Source of the DNA: an uncultured Gemmatimonadaceae bacterium
Lineage (GTDB): Bacteria; Gemmatimonadota; Gemmatimonadetes; Gemmatimonadales; Gemmatimonadaceae
Reading direction: 5' to 3'
DNA length: 64,000 bases
NCBI GenBank assembly: GCA_963751275.1
Contig: CAVVTZ010000009.1
Span: 640,001-704,000, forward strand
The notes below the pieces were generated by a model. That model made no database searches, was not told where the DNA came from, and saw only the letters and a program-made list of their open reading frames with translations. A program made the position numbers and the translations under genes. Positions 1-13,181 of the stretch are shown one piece after another (within the stretch, counting starts at the first letter, position 1; each line of letters opens with the position of its first letter).

Positions 1-936
1 ATGCTCAGCGCGCGCCGCGTCTCCCGGTTGCCGAAGATGGGGTGCGGTGCATTGCGGTCCTTCCGGTCGCGCTCGTTGAAGAGCGCGAATCCCGTCTGCA
101 GTGTGGGATAGAGCTGGACGCCGAGACCCGGATGCTTGGCGAGCTCCGGCATGTCCGAGGGCCGGAAGTACTCGACGAAGTTCGCGTCGCCCGTGAAGAA
201 GCGCATCAGCATCGCATTCGGATCGGGGGCGACGCTCCAGATCACGTGGTCGATGTGCGGGCGTCCGAGGTGGTAGTCCGGATTCGCATCGAGCACGATC
301 GCCTGGCGCGCATCCCAGCGCGCGAACTTGAACGGACCGCTGCCGACGGGGTTCCGCAGGAACGGCGCCTGCTTGAGATCACCACGCGGAACGGAGGCGA
401 GCACGTGCTGGGGGATGATCCGCATCTGCCACGCGGCGTCGAGGAACTGCTCGGGCGTCCGGCGTGAGAACCAGAAGACCGCCGTCAGCGAGTCACGCAC
501 GGTGACCGAGTCGATGCTCTGGATGAGCGGACGCACCACCGATCCGGTCGCGCTATCGGCGTCCACCTGCCAGGTGAAACGAACGTCGTTGGCGGTCACG
601 GGGACGCCGTCGTGCCAGCGCGCCTTGGGATCGATGTGGAAGGCGATCGAGAGGGAATCGGGTGCCCAGGTCCAGCCGGTGGCGAGGACCGGCGTGAAGC
701 CCACGTCGCCGACGGTATTGAGCCCCATCCCCACCTCGGCGAGCTTCTCGAAGAGCTGCGCTTCGACCTGGCTCGACACGCCGTTGACCGTGACGGGCGG
801 GAGGAACCCGTCGGCATCGCTGCCCGACGAGAATGACGAGGGTGCCGCCGTTGGCGCCGGCGGCGCCGCGCGAGCCGGCATCGCCGCACGCGGCGGTGAG
901 GGCGAGCAGACAGAGGGCGAACGATCGGATCTTCAT
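1..936 (-). CDS. ABC transporter peptide/oligopeptide substrate-binding lipoprotein (family 5), runs off the window start; frameshift near 825
   Basis: Lipoprotein signal MKIRSFALCLLALTAAC. After the frameshift it reads ...FHIDPKARWHDGVPVTANDVRFT... and PVGSGPFKF...LDANPDY, which are SBP family 5 motifs. Confidence 0.85.
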
Positions 937-973
937 GTGCTCCCGCGCGAAGTAGGTTGCCGCCGCGGCGCCC

Positions 974-1799
974 TCAGCGGCGCCAGGTCCACGCGTCGCT
1001 CTCGTAGTGACCGGTGAGCATCCGCGCAGCCGCCATCAGATCATCGTCCAGCTCGAGCGACCCCGCCGCCGCATCTTCGACGGCGCCTACGGCGCTGCCG
1101 AGCGCCGCAGCGAATTCCGCGGCCGATGGAGCCCGGGCCATCAGCGCCCGCAGCGTGGCGGGCGCCGGTGGCGGTGGAACGGGAGACCGGAGCAGCGCAC
1201 TCGCGAGCGTCTGGTCATCGTCCACCAGGATCGAGCCGTGCTGCAGGAGCGCTTCGCGGTCGCGCCACTGCGCGCTGCCCACGAGCTTGCGTCCGCCGGC
1301 GACGATCTCGCCGGCGACCGGCTCCTCGAAACACGGCGCGACGCCGGGATGCGGCGCAACGCCGGAGGGCTGCGCCAGCCCGGCATGGACGCCGAGCCGC
1401 CGCAGCGCCTCGAGTAATAGACGATTGATGCGGCGGTACGATTCCGGCAGCGAGCCGAGTGCGCCCACGGGCGCGGCGACGGAGTAGGTGATCTCGCGGT
1501 AGTGCAGCACGGCGCGGCCGCCGGTGGGGCGGCGCACGAATCCCACCTCGCGCGCGCGGGCGGCGTCCAGATCGTACAGGCCGCGCGCGGTCTGGTGGCG
1601 TCCGAGGGAGAGCGTGGGGCTCGCCCACTCGTAGACGCGGAGGAGGATCGCGCCGGTGTCGCGCGCGCGAGTCATGAGCGCCTCGTCGAGCGCCATGTTG
1701 AAGGGGCCACTCGCGGGCGGAGAGACGAGCAGGCGCCACGCGGGGGAGGGCGGTGCCGCGCGCCTCGTTCGGCGTGTCTCGATCGGAAGCGGAGCTCAC
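974..1799 (-). CDS. Lipoate-protein ligase / octanoyltransferase (LplA/LipM family); 5' end uncertain, probable frameshift near 1745
   Basis: WRLL...GPFNMALDEAL, RRPTGGRAVLH, KLVGSAQ and LQHGSI motifs; next to gcvP/gcvH. Confidence 0.88.
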
Positions 1800-1828
1800 G
1801 ACGCGAACGATATCCGTCGCCAGCGACT

Positions 1829-2015
1829 GCGTGATAGGGCCTAGTACCGCTGAAACAGCGCGTCTAGGAGGCAGCGTCTGGTAGTGCTCGGCGTGAGTAG
1901 GGCGACCAACTCGGCCCACTCCCGGCGATCGCGTTCGTGGTACAACTCACGCCATGCCCTACCACACGCTGCCTCCTAGACGCGCCACTCAAGCGGTACT
2001 AGGGCCTAGGACGCC
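1829..2015. repeat. Inverted-repeat element, family A copy 1 (arms ~1829-1898 and 1945-2015)
   Basis: cctagtaccgct-N6-gcgcgtctaggaggcagcgt(c/g)tggta...ggcgtgagt occurs on both strands; homologous to 10908-11085 and 15979-16133. Confidence 0.9.
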
Positions 2016-2094
2016 GTTATGCGGTCTCAATGGAATTTCGGCCTCCGCTGTATCATCTTTACCGTCTGCCGCGTTCAGCCCTCACCGAGGTCTC

Positions 2095-4977
<2,883 letters not shown>

Positions 4978-4999
<22 letters not shown>

Positions 5000-5155
5000 C
5001 GTCTAGCGTGTGGTACGACTCGTCGGAACCGCAGGGGCGCGTGTGGCGTCTAGCGTGTGGTACGACTCGTCGGAACCGCAGGGGCGCGTGTGGCGTCCAG
5101 CGTGTGGTACTACTCGCTGAGGGAGTAGTACTGCCGTCCGCCGTCTACACGCTGG
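4978..5155. repeat. Three tandem 47-bp units (starts 4978, 5025, 5072) followed by a hairpin, between convergent gcvP and gcvH
   Basis: Unit ggaaccgcaggggcgcgt(g/c)t(g/a)gcgtctagcgtgtggtacgactcgtc; hairpin gtactactc-gctgagg-gagtagtac at 5107-5131. Confidence 0.9.
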
Positions 5156-5158
5156 CAG

Positions 5159-5548
5159 TCATTCGCCGACGTGCTTGGTGTATTCCTCGGGCCCCAACAA
5201 TTGATCGCGGTCTGACGCCTTCGCGACGCGGAGTTTGATCATCCAGCCGTCGCCGTAGGGGTCCGTGTTCACGAGCGCCGGCTCCTTGTCGAGGCGCTCG
5301 TTCACGGCGACCACCTTGCCGTTGAGCGGGGAGAAGAGCTCGGACACCGCCTTCACCGCTTCGATCGTGCCGAAGACATCCATGCGGCCGAAATCATCGC
5401 CGACCTTGGGGAGCTCGACGTACACGACGTCGCCGAGCTGGTCCTGCGCGTAGTCGGTGATCCCGATCTGCACGACGTCCGCGTCGGCGGTGCTTTTCAC
5501 GTACTCGTGCTCTTCGGTGTACAACAGATCGGCGGGGATCTTCGACAC
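5159..5548 (-). CDS. gcvH: Glycine cleavage system H protein
   Basis: LLYTEEHEYV, GITDYAQDQLGDVVYVELP, IEAVKAVSE (lipoyl Lys), VNTDPYGDGW; GTG start with GGAG RBS. Confidence 0.97.
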   Translation of the reverse strand: MSKIPADLLYTEEHEYVKSTADADVVQIGITDYAQDQLGDVVYVELPKVGDDFGRMDVFGTIEAVKAVSELFSPLNGKVVAVNERLDKEPALVNTDPYGDGWMIKLRVAKASDRDQLLGPEEYTKHVGE

Positions 5549-5624
5549 GACGGGCTCCGCGATTGGAATGTGAACGTGGCGCAAAGTCTAGAGTGCGGTT
5601 CGGGCAAAATCAAGGAAACAACCA

Positions 5625-5795
5625 GCGGCGTGAGACGCGACCCAAACGCCGTGAGACGCGACCCGAACACCGTGAGGCGTGAGGCGTGCGACGGACGGAC
5701 TCACGCCTCACGGCGTTCGGGGTGCGCCTCACGCCGTCCAGTCCGTTCGTCGCACGCCTCACGCCTCACGGCGTTCGGGGTGCGCCTCACGCCGT
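5625..5795. repeat. Composite CGTGAGG/CCTCACG heptamer-based direct and inverted repeat overlapping the coaE stop
   Basis: 37-bp direct repeat at 5701-5737 and 5759-5795; 5670-5700 is the reverse complement of 5741-5771 (30/31 match). Confidence 0.85.
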
Positions 5796-6404
5796 ATCCC
5801 GCGCACCGGTTCGTGCTTCGAGCGCAGCCCACACCTCATCCACGCTTCGCGACAAGGATCGCTGATCCGAGTCGTTCTCGATGATGTAATCCGCCTGCGC
5901 CCGTTTCAGCTCGGCGGGCATCTGCGCGGCGATCATGTGCATCGCGTCGTCGTGCGGCATCCCGCGCCGCGTCGTGAGGCGCTCGAGGCGCACTTCCTTC
6001 GGCGCGTCGACGAGCACGATCACGTCGTAGTCCGACTGAAGCTTCTTCTCGAAGAGCAGCGGAATGTCGCAGATCACGATCCGGTCGCCGCGCTTGTTCG
6101 CGGCGGCCAACTCGTGATCGCGGAGCTTCGCGACCGCCGGATGCACGATCGCGTTCAGTGCCTCGAGCTCCGCGGGCTCCGCGAACACCACATGCCTGAG
6201 TGCCGCGCGATCGAGCGTGCCGTCGGGAAGGAGCATCTTCTTTCCCCAGCGCGCGACGATCGCGCGGTGCGCCGGCGTGCCCGGTTCGACCGCGATGCGC
6301 GCGAGCACGTCCGCATCGATGATCGTCGCGCCGCGCGCCGCGAGTAGCTGCGCGACGCTCGACTTGCCGCTCGCCGCGTTTCCCGTGAGGCCGACGACGA
6401 GCAT
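5787..6404 (-). CDS. coaE: Dephospho-CoA kinase
   Basis: VVGLTGNAASGKSSV, IIDADVLAR, LDRAALR, LNAIVHP, DIPLLFE, ADYIIEN. Confidence 0.95.
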   Translation of the reverse strand: MLVVGLTGNAASGKSSVAQLLAARGATIIDADVLARIAVEPGTPAHRAIVARWGKKMLLPDGTLDRAALRHVVFAEPAELEALNAIVHPAVAKLRDHELAAANKRGDRIVICDIPLLFEKKLQSDYDVIVLVDAPKEVRLERLTTRRGMPHDDAMHMIAAQMPAELKRAQADYIIENDSDQRSLSRSVDEVWAALEARTGARDTA

Positions 6405-6450
6405 GCGCGCTAGTGCCGGTGCCGGCCGGCGAGGAGCCATCGCGCACGCG

Positions 6451-7070
6451 TCATAGCAACGGGACCTGGTCTTCGTCGCGCCGCGGCACGTCGTGGCAGT
6501 GCCGGCAGCGCGCCTCGTAACTCTCCTGGCCGCCGACCATGATGATCGGCGAATCGTAGCGCGCGGGCTTGCCGTCGATCAGCCGCTGGTTGCGGCTCGC
6601 GGGGCCGCCGCACACCACGCAGATCGCGTGCAGCTTGTCCACGACCTCGGCCACGGCCATCAGCTGCGGCATCGCGCCGAAGGGCTCGCCGCGGAAGTCG
6701 GTGTCGGTGCCGGCGAGGATCACGCGGATCCCGCGCTCAGCGAGTGACGTCGCGAGCTCCACGACGCCGGCGTCGAGAAACTGCGCCTCGTCGATCGCGA
6801 CCACGTCGGCGTTCCCGTTGCAGCTGCTGCGCGATCTGCAGCGAGGAGTCGACGGGCACCGCTTCCACCGAGCGGCCGTCGTGGCTCGAGATCGAGAAGA
6901 CGCCCGCGTAGCGGTCGTCGAGATGCGACTTGAAGACCTGCACGGTCTTCTTGCGCGATGATCGCGCGGCGCACGCGGCGGATGAGCTCCTCGCTCTTGC
7001 CGCTGAACATCACGCCGGAGATGACCTCGATCCAGCCGTTCCGCGCGCCGTGGAAGACGGGATCGATCAC
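6451..7070 (-). CDS. tdk: Thymidine kinase (two frameshifts, near 6950 and 6820)
   Basis: [47 protein letters not shown] and YEARCRHCH, spread over three frames. Confidence 0.93.
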
Positions 7071-8734
7071 CGGTCGCGGGGGCGCGAGGGACGACCACCG
7101 CGTGCACCGCCGGCGCCGCGCGGGCCGCCGGGACCGCGCGGACCGCGGGAGCCGCCGCGATCCTCGCGCGGCTGGGGCTTCATGCCGTCGCCGCGGCGCG
7201 GACCGTCGCCGCCGCGCGGCGGACCATCGCCGCGTCGCGGGCGGAGCCCGGACTTGCTCGCCGAACCCGACGGCGGGCCGCTATGCCCCTCGTCGTCGAT
7301 GCGCGCGGCGAGGCGGCGCCCCTTCACCGTGACGCCGGTGATCGCGCGCGCCACCTTGCCGGCGACGTCGTTCGCGATCTCCACGAGCGCGTGCGTCTCG
7401 CGCAGGTCCACCTTGCCGATCTGCTCGCGCGAGATCCCCGCTTCGTTCGCGATCGCGCCGACGAGATCGCTCGGCCCGATGCGGTCCTTGGTGCCGCCAT
7501 TGATGTAGATCTTGGTGTACTCGCCCTTGGGCGAACGGGCGGCGCGCTCGCTGCGCTTCACGCCGTCCATGCCCACGGTGAAGGCCGGCATGGCGGCGGG
7601 CGGCGTGACCTCGCGGGCGCGGTCGAGCAGGCGCAGCGCGGCGGCCGCGACTTCCACGCCGTCGAACTCCGCGAGCAGCGGCTCGAGCGCGAGCAGTTCG
7701 CGCGCGGGGATGCCGTCGGCGAGCACGGCACGCAAATCCTCGCGCATGCGCTCCTCGCGCGTGAGGGCGCGCGCGGCGGGTCCCGACAGCGTGAGCGGCG
7801 TGACGCGTCCGCCGCCGGAGAGCGCGCGGAGCGCCGGCAGCTGGCGCGGGGTGGCGAGCGCCACGAGCGTGCCGCCCGCGGCGTGCAGCGCGATCACCGT
7901 CTCGCGGTCGAGCGGCGATTCGTAGAGCACGCAGAGCGTCGCGCCGGGCACCGGCGTGCCGCGCGTCACTTCGACGCTGGTGTCGCCGTCGCCGACGCCG
8001 AGCGAGCGGATGATCGAGCGCACTTCGCGGTCGGCGTCATCGCTGCGCACGTAGATCGCGGCGTGCTCGGGATCGAGATCGTCGAGCAGGCGCCGCAGGG
8101 CGTTGGGGCGCGCGCGCGGCGCGACGGCCACGTACGAGAAGTCGATGGCGAGGCCATCTACCGCGGCGACGACGCCGGTGCGGCGCGCGCGCCAGGCGTA
8201 GCGCTCCACGAGCGCCTCCACCGCGGGCGTGAGCTGCGAGGTGACCACCGTGCGCGCCGCATCCTTGGGCACTTCGGCGATCACCGCGGCGAGCGCGTCG
8301 GCCACCGCGACGGCGGCGGTGGTGCCGTCGGCCATCACGTCGGCCCAGGCGATGATCACGTGGCGCACGGTGTCGAGCTTGAGGATCGAAGCGTGGAGCA
8401 GCGTGAGCAGCTCGAGCGGCGAGCCGGCGATCACCGTCGCCGGGCGTTCGCGCAGCAATCGCGCCGCGCGCCGGCTGCCGGTGACCGGCAGCACGCGCGC
8501 GGGGGCGCCGGCGCTCGTGCGCGTGGCGGCCTCCGCGATCAGCACCGCGGTCTCGTCGTCGGGGGTGAGCACCAGCACCTGCGTCTCGGCGGCATCGGGC
8601 GCGATGCGGGCGAGCACTGGATCGAGGAATTGCGCCACCGCCGCCGCGTCCTGCGGCAGCACGTAGAGCACGTTCTGCCCGCGGGCGACGCCCGCGCGCT
8701 CCGATCCCGATTCCTCCACTCGCTCCAAGTCCAC
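7067..8734 (-). CDS. DEAD-box helicase-like protein with degenerate catalytic motifs and a C-terminal DbpA RNA-binding domain
   Basis: GTG start after GGAGG. LVLTP (Ia), AGSPLELL (Ib) and IIAWAD (in place of DEAD); C-terminal [26 protein letters not shown], then an RG-rich tail. Confidence 0.8.
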   Translation of the reverse strand: MDLERVEESGSERAGVARGQNVLYVLPQDAAAVAQFLDPVLARIAPDAAETQVLVLTPDDETAVLIAEAATRTSAGAPARVLPVTGSRRAARLLRERPATVIAGSPLELLTLLHASILKLDTVRHVIIAWADVMADGTTAAVAVADALAAVIAEVPKDAARTVVTSQLTPAVEALVERYAWRARRTGVVAAVDGLAIDFSYVAVAPRARPNALRRLLDDLDPEHAAIYVRSDDADREVRSIIRSLGVGDGDTSVEVTRGTPVPGATLCVLYESPLDRETVIALHAAGGTLVALATPRQLPALRALSGGGRVTPLTLSGPAARALTREERMREDLRAVLADGIPARELLALEPLLAEFDGVEVAAAALRLLDRAREVTPPAAMPAFTVGMDGVKRSERAARSPKGEYTKIYINGGTKDRIGPSDLVGAIANEAGISREQIGKVDLRETHALVEIANDVAGKVARAITGVTVKGRRLAARIDDEGHSGPPSGSASKSGLRPRRGDGPPRGGDGPRRGDGMKPQPREDRGGSRGPRGPGGPRGAGGARGGRPSRPRDR

Positions 8735-8827
8735 CTGATGCCTCCGGATTTTCAATGGCGCCGCTTCGTGCTCGTGAGTAAAGTATAGCGACGTGACACC
8801 GCCCACTCCAGCCACGACTTCGCGCGC

Positions 8828-10039
8828 GTGACCGAACAACCCGCCGGCGGCTTCACGCCGTCCGCCAACATCGCGTTCCTCAAGGAGTCGGCGACGATCG
8901 CCGTCTCGGCCCGGGCGAAGGCGCTGCGCGCCGCCGGGCGCCACGTGATCGACCTCGGGGCGGGCGAGCCCGACTTCGACACGCCGCCGTTCATCCGCGC
9001 CGCGGCGGCACGCGCCGTGGAGAGCGGGGCGACGCACTACACCGCCACCGAGGGGATCCTGCCGCTGCGCGAAGCGATCGCGGCCGACGCCCGGGAGCGT
9101 TACCGCGGTGCGGTGCCGGTGGACCCGAAGGACATCGTCGTGTCGAACGGGTCGAAGCAGTCGCTGTTCAACATCTGCTTCGCGCTCTTCGGCGCGGGAG
9201 ACGAGGTGCTGATCCCGACGCCGAGCTGGACGAGCTACTTCGAGATGGTGGCACTGTCGGGGGCGACGGCGGTCTCGGTGCCGGGCGATCCGAAGCGGAG
9301 CCTCACCGTCACCGCCGCGCTGCTCGAGAAGGCCGCGACGCCGCGCACGCGCGGCGTGATGCTGAACTCGCCGAGCAATCCGAGCGGCGCGGTGTATTCG
9401 GCGGAGGCGCTGCGCGACATCCTCGCGCTCGCGGAGCGGAAGAACTGGTGGGTGATCAGCGACGAGATCTACCGGCGCATCAGTTACGACTCACCGGCCG
9501 CCAGCTTGATGGATCTCGCGACGCGGCGCGAACGGCTGGTGATCGTGGACGGCGTGGCGAAGGCGTACGCGATGACGGGCTGGCGCATCGGCTGGGCGAT
9601 CGCGCCGCGCGCGCTCGCCACCGCGATGACCGGCTTCCAGTCGCACACCACGTCGAACGCCAGCGCGGCGTCGCAGCACGCGGCGCTCGCGGCGCTCAGC
9701 GACCGCGCGCAGGCCGAACCGGCGATCGATGCGATGGTGGCGGAATTCCGTGAGCGGCGCGACGCCATCGTTGAAGTGATGAAGTCGGAGCCGCGCCTGG
9801 AGTACGTGCCGATGGCCGGTGCGTTCTATCTCTTCGCGCGCATCGCGCCCGAGGGCGCGTCGGGCGATCCCGGCGCGGAGTTCGCGCAGGCGATGCTCGA
9901 GAAGCACGACGTGGCGATCGTGCCGGGCAGCGCGTTCGGCACACCGTCGTGGGTGCGGCTGTCGTATGCGGCGCCGCGTGAACAGGTGCTCACCGGCGTG
10001 CGCAAATTGATCGAGCTGTATCGTGAACGGATGAAGTGA
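8828..10039 (+). CDS. aspC: PLP-dependent aspartate aminotransferase (class I/II)
   Basis: DLGAGEPDF, NSPSNPSG, ISDEIY, GVAKAYAMTGWRIG, VPGSAFG, VRLSYA. Confidence 0.88.
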   Translation: MTEQPAGGFTPSANIAFLKESATIAVSARAKALRAAGRHVIDLGAGEPDFDTPPFIRAAAARAVESGATHYTATEGILPLREAIAADARERYRGAVPVDPKDIVVSNGSKQSLFNICFALFGAGDEVLIPTPSWTSYFEMVALSGATAVSVPGDPKRSLTVTAALLEKAATPRTRGVMLNSPSNPSGAVYSAEALRDILALAERKNWWVISDEIYRRISYDSPAASLMDLATRRERLVIVDGVAKAYAMTGWRIGWAIAPRALATAMTGFQSHTTSNASAASQHAALAALSDRAQAEPAIDAMVAEFRERRDAIVEVMKSEPRLEYVPMAGAFYLFARIAPEGASGDPGAEFAQAMLEKHDVAIVPGSAFGTPSWVRLSYAAPREQVLTGVRKLIELYRERMK

Positions 10040-10626
10040 CGGCGCAGCCGGCGGCGCCAGCGTTCCGCTGGCGAGATGGACGGCGCCGAGTATCTTGTGC
10101 GCATTGGACCGCGGAGGGGCTCGTGCAGATCGCCGTGCAGGTCGAGCCGGCCCGGGGCGTCCCGGTGGCCGTGGAATACCGGTGGGATGTGGACACCGCG
10201 ATCCTCGTCGCGCATCTGGCGGACATTGAGCCGGGCAACGGCATGTCGGGTTCGGTGGAACTCTCGGGGCACGACGGGTCCTGGCTCGTGCTCGATGTGA
10301 AGAACGGGCAGGTGCGCGGCGTGGAAGTCGCGGTCTGGCCGGATGTGCGGAAGCAGGCGAAGCTGAAGGCGCCGGCCGAGGTGGAGGCGGCGAAGGTCAC
10401 CGTGCCGAATCGCAAGTCGGAGCCCGGCGTCTCGGATCTGCAGATGGAGACGGCGCTGGTCGCGGAGTCGGATCCGGCGCAGAGCATCGTCCACTTCCGG
10501 TTCGGCGGACGCAAGCCGGCGCGCACCCTCCGCATCGCGCGCGACGTGCTCGTGGAGATCGACGACCATCTGGTGCTCTCTGGCGTTTGGCTCTTGAACG
10601 TGCCCCCATTCCCGGCGGACGAGTGA
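10036..10626 (+). CDS. Hypothetical protein, possibly two tandem DUF2283-like units
   Basis: GTGA overlap with aspC. Two segments match a Y/W-D-x4-hydrophobic...V-D/E-x-(D)-x-G-x-V-x-G pattern. Confidence 0.6.
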   Translation: MTAQPAAPAFRWRDGRRRVSCAHWTAEGLVQIAVQVEPARGVPVAVEYRWDVDTAILVAHLADIEPGNGMSGSVELSGHDGSWLVLDVKNGQVRGVEVAVWPDVRKQAKLKAPAEVEAAKVTVPNRKSEPGVSDLQMETALVAESDPAQSIVHFRFGGRKPARTLRIARDVLVEIDDHLVLSGVWLLNVPPFPADE

Positions 10627-10901
10627 TCACTACCATCGTGCTCATCAAGTGCGACCCGAAGCGGATCCCGCAGGCCGCGCTCAAGCTTGCCGGCGTGGAC
10701 GGCGTGTCGGAGGTGTACTCGGTGTCGGGCGAATGGGATCTGGTCGCGATCGTGCGAGTGGCGGAGTACGACCAGATCGCGAAGGTCGTGACGGAGGAAT
10801 TCGCGGCGGTGCCGGGACTGGAGAGGACCCAGACGCTCACCGCCTTCCGCGCGTATTCCCGAAAGGATCTCGAGCAGGCGTGGGACATCGGCTCTGAATA
10901 A
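10623..10901 (+). CDS. Lrp/AsnC ligand-binding-domain-only protein
   Basis: ITTIVLIK...GVSEVYSVSGEWDLVAIVRV...TQTLTAFRAYS; no HTH. Confidence 0.88.
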   Translation: MITTIVLIKCDPKRIPQAALKLAGVDGVSEVYSVSGEWDLVAIVRVAEYDQIAKVVTEEFAAVPGLERTQTLTAFRAYSRKDLEQAWDIGSE

Positions 10902-10907
10902 CAGAAT

Positions 10908-11085
10908 GGCGCGCCTAGGGCCTAGTACCGCTGTGACTGCGCGTCTAGTAGGCGGCGTGTGGTACGGCATGGCGGGAGTTGTACAGCGACTGCGGTCGTA
11001 GGGAGTCGGTGCCACTCACGCCGAGCCGTACCACACGCTGCCTCCTAGACGCGCCCCTCGAGCGGTACTAGGCCCCACACGCGCC
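10908..11085. repeat. Inverted-repeat element, family A copy 2 (72-bp arms 10908-10979 and 11014-11085)
   Basis: Direct comparison with copies 1 and 3; lies between convergent genes. Confidence 0.9.
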
Positions 11086-11097
11086 TGTAGGGAGTAG

Positions 11098-12123
11098 TTA
11101 GTGCCCCGCCGCGCCCTTCGGAGCCGGAGTTGGCGTCGGCGAGTCGGCCGTCGGCCGTTCGTCGAGGCACCAATTCGAGCGCGCCCGGTACACCTCGCTC
11201 CATTTCCCGTTCTTCCAGCCGAGCACCGTGAGGAACGTGTCGCCGCCGTAGGTCCATCCTTCGAGGATGATCTCGTCCACGCCGTCGCCGGTGAGATCAA
11301 GATGGTCGAAGTAGCGCCGGAAGGCGGCGGCGGCGAGCGGGCCGTTGATCCGGTGCGCGAACGTCGCGTGCCACGCGCCCGTGGAATCCTTGTCGGCCAC
11401 CAGCAGGATGTGCGTCGTGCGCGCGCCGGTGGAGCTCGATTTCTCCGCACTCGGATCGATGAACGAGGCGACGATCGTGTTCGACTTCGTCGCGCCCGAC
11501 GGGAAGCTCACCGCATGGAAGTCGAGCGAGTCGAGCACCTGCGGCTTGATCCCCGCGGCCACCGCCACTTCCGCCGCGACGCCGCGGGCGATCCGCGCGA
11601 TCTCGGCGGGCGCCATCGGCTGCGGCGCGCGCGAGACGCCGAGCGTCCCGTTCGAGGCGAGCATCTCGAGCGTGAAGTCGTTGCGCACGCGCAGCGCATT
11701 GGCGCGCACCGCGGCGAGCGGCGTCAGCGTGTGACAGCCCGGCAGCGTGTACAGCGGGTTGCCCGCGCGCTCCCACATGCCCTGGCGCACCTCGGCCGTG
11801 CCGCTCGTGTGGCCGTCCTGGTAGATCGTGTAGCTCTTGCCGTGGCGGAGATACTCGGCGTCGAACTTCTGCCAGTTCTCGGCGGTGAGCTGGATCGCCT
11901 TGAGCTTGCCGCCGGAGATCGTGGCCACCGGCACCATGCGCGCGTCGCCCGTCTCGCCGAAGATCTGGAAGAGGATCACCGGGTGCGACGCGAGATTCAG
12001 CTCTTCGCCCGGCGGGATGCGCGGCGGTCCCGCAGCCTGTCCGGCTTGCAGGAACGCCTTTGCTTTGTCACATCCGGTAGCGACCATTAGGATGGTCGCG
12101 ATCACAGCGAGTCGTGATTTCAC
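11098..12123 (-). CDS. Hypothetical lipoprotein with a C-terminal DxxGDGxxE (FG-GAP-like) motif
   Basis: Signal KSRLAVIATILMVATGC; DHLDLTGDGVDEIIL; GC3-rich codon usage. Confidence 0.7.
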   Translation of the reverse strand: MKSRLAVIATILMVATGCDKAKAFLQAGQAAGPPRIPPGEELNLASHPVILFQIFGETGDARMVPVATISGGKLKAIQLTAENWQKFDAEYLRHGKSYTIYQDGHTSGTAEVRQGMWERAGNPLYTLPGCHTLTPLAAVRANALRVRNDFTLEMLASNGTLGVSRAPQPMAPAEIARIARGVAAEVAVAAGIKPQVLDSLDFHAVSFPSGATKSNTIVASFIDPSAEKSSSTGARTTHILLVADKDSTGAWHATFAHRINGPLAAAAFRRYFDHLDLTGDGVDEIILEGWTYGGDTFLTVLGWKNGKWSEVYRARSNWCLDERPTADSPTPTPAPKGAAGH

Positions 12124-12163
12124 GAGTGGCGCGTTTCCTTTCGGTGGAGCGGGCAACGGACCG

Positions 12164-13168
12164 GTGAGCGCAGAAACGAACACTGCCAGCGACTACGCCA
12201 CAAGCCATCGCGCGGCCCTGCGGCATCTCGTGCAGCGCGTGCCGGGACTGCGCGCGGCGGTGTCCGGAGGCCCGCCGCTGGAACGCATGGCCGGGGCACC
12301 CGAAGAACCGCATCTCATAGACGCCGTAAGCATCGAAGGTGCAACACTTAGGGCCCACCCGGTGCCCGGTGCGCCGGAAGCCGCGTTCGCCGCCTTCCTG
12401 GACGGGGTGCAGGAGAGCCGCGTGCTCGCCTGGCAGGGTGCGGCGCCGGTGGTGTTCGGCACCGTGGCGGCGGCCGTGCGGCGCCGCGTGGAGCGGCGGC
12501 TCAGCACGTGGGACCGGCCCGTTGTGGAACGCCGGATCTACGCGCCGCTCGCGTATCTCCCGGCGGCGGCGCTGCGCTCGGCGTTCACGGAAAACGAATT
12601 GGTGGACACCGCGCGGCCGGACTCGGGCGGATCGCCGCCGCCGCCGCATCCGACGCTGTTGCTCGAGCGCGCGAAGACCGCCGTCTCGCGCGACCGAGAG
12701 AGTGCGGAGCGCCGGCTCGCCGAGCACTGGTGCACGCGCGGAGGCGGGCCGCTGTGCATCGACGGCGGCATCACCGGCAGCGATGCGCTCGCGCGCGACG
12801 AGCAGGCGGTGGGCGTCGTGAAGAGCCATCGCACGCTGTACGCGAGCGGCGCGGCGCTGGATATCGTGCTCGGTCTGGCGCGCGGCGAGCGTACGTCGGT
12901 GTTCCGCCTCGCGCCGCGCGAGCGCAGCGCGGTGCACAGCTGGTATCTGCGGCTTCGAGATCCCGCCGACCAGCATGCGCTGTTCGGACTGGTGCGCGTG
13001 GAGGTCGCGGCCACGGCCGCCGATGCGCGGGCGGCCGCGCAGCGGGCCGACGAGGTCTCGCGCTGGGTGCTCGCCGAGGCGTCGCCGCTCGCGCTGCCCG
13101 ACGCGCAATGGGATGTCATGGCGTACCCGATCCGCGATTGCGAGGAATTCCTGCGGGCGATCGCGTGA
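12164..13168 (+). CDS. nurA: NurA-like nuclease (RNase H-like fold); start uncertain
   Basis: AFLDGVQ, LCIDGGI, VGVVKSH, RTSVF, SWYLRLR and YPIRDCEEFL motifs; directly upstream of a HerA ATPase. Confidence 0.75.
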   Translation: MSAETNTASDYATSHRAALRHLVQRVPGLRAAVSGGPPLERMAGAPEEPHLIDAVSIEGATLRAHPVPGAPEAAFAAFLDGVQESRVLAWQGAAPVVFGTVAAAVRRRVERRLSTWDRPVVERRIYAPLAYLPAAALRSAFTENELVDTARPDSGGSPPPPHPTLLLERAKTAVSRDRESAERRLAEHWCTRGGGPLCIDGGITGSDALARDEQAVGVVKSHRTLYASGAALDIVLGLARGERTSVFRLAPRERSAVHSWYLRLRDPADQHALFGLVRVEVAATAADARAAAQRADEVSRWVLAEASPLALPDAQWDVMAYPIRDCEEFLRAIA

Positions 13169-13181
13169 GTAGCTTTCCGTC

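Noticed and set aside
1800..2094. Glycine riboswitch upstream of gcvP
   Set aside because: No recognisable aptamer motifs; the space is occupied by a family A repeat.
1954..2094. N-terminal extension [10 protein letters not shown]... on GcvP, and similar peptides at 11 kb and 16 kb
   Set aside because: These are translations of the family A repeat; the gcvP start with an RBS is at 2095.
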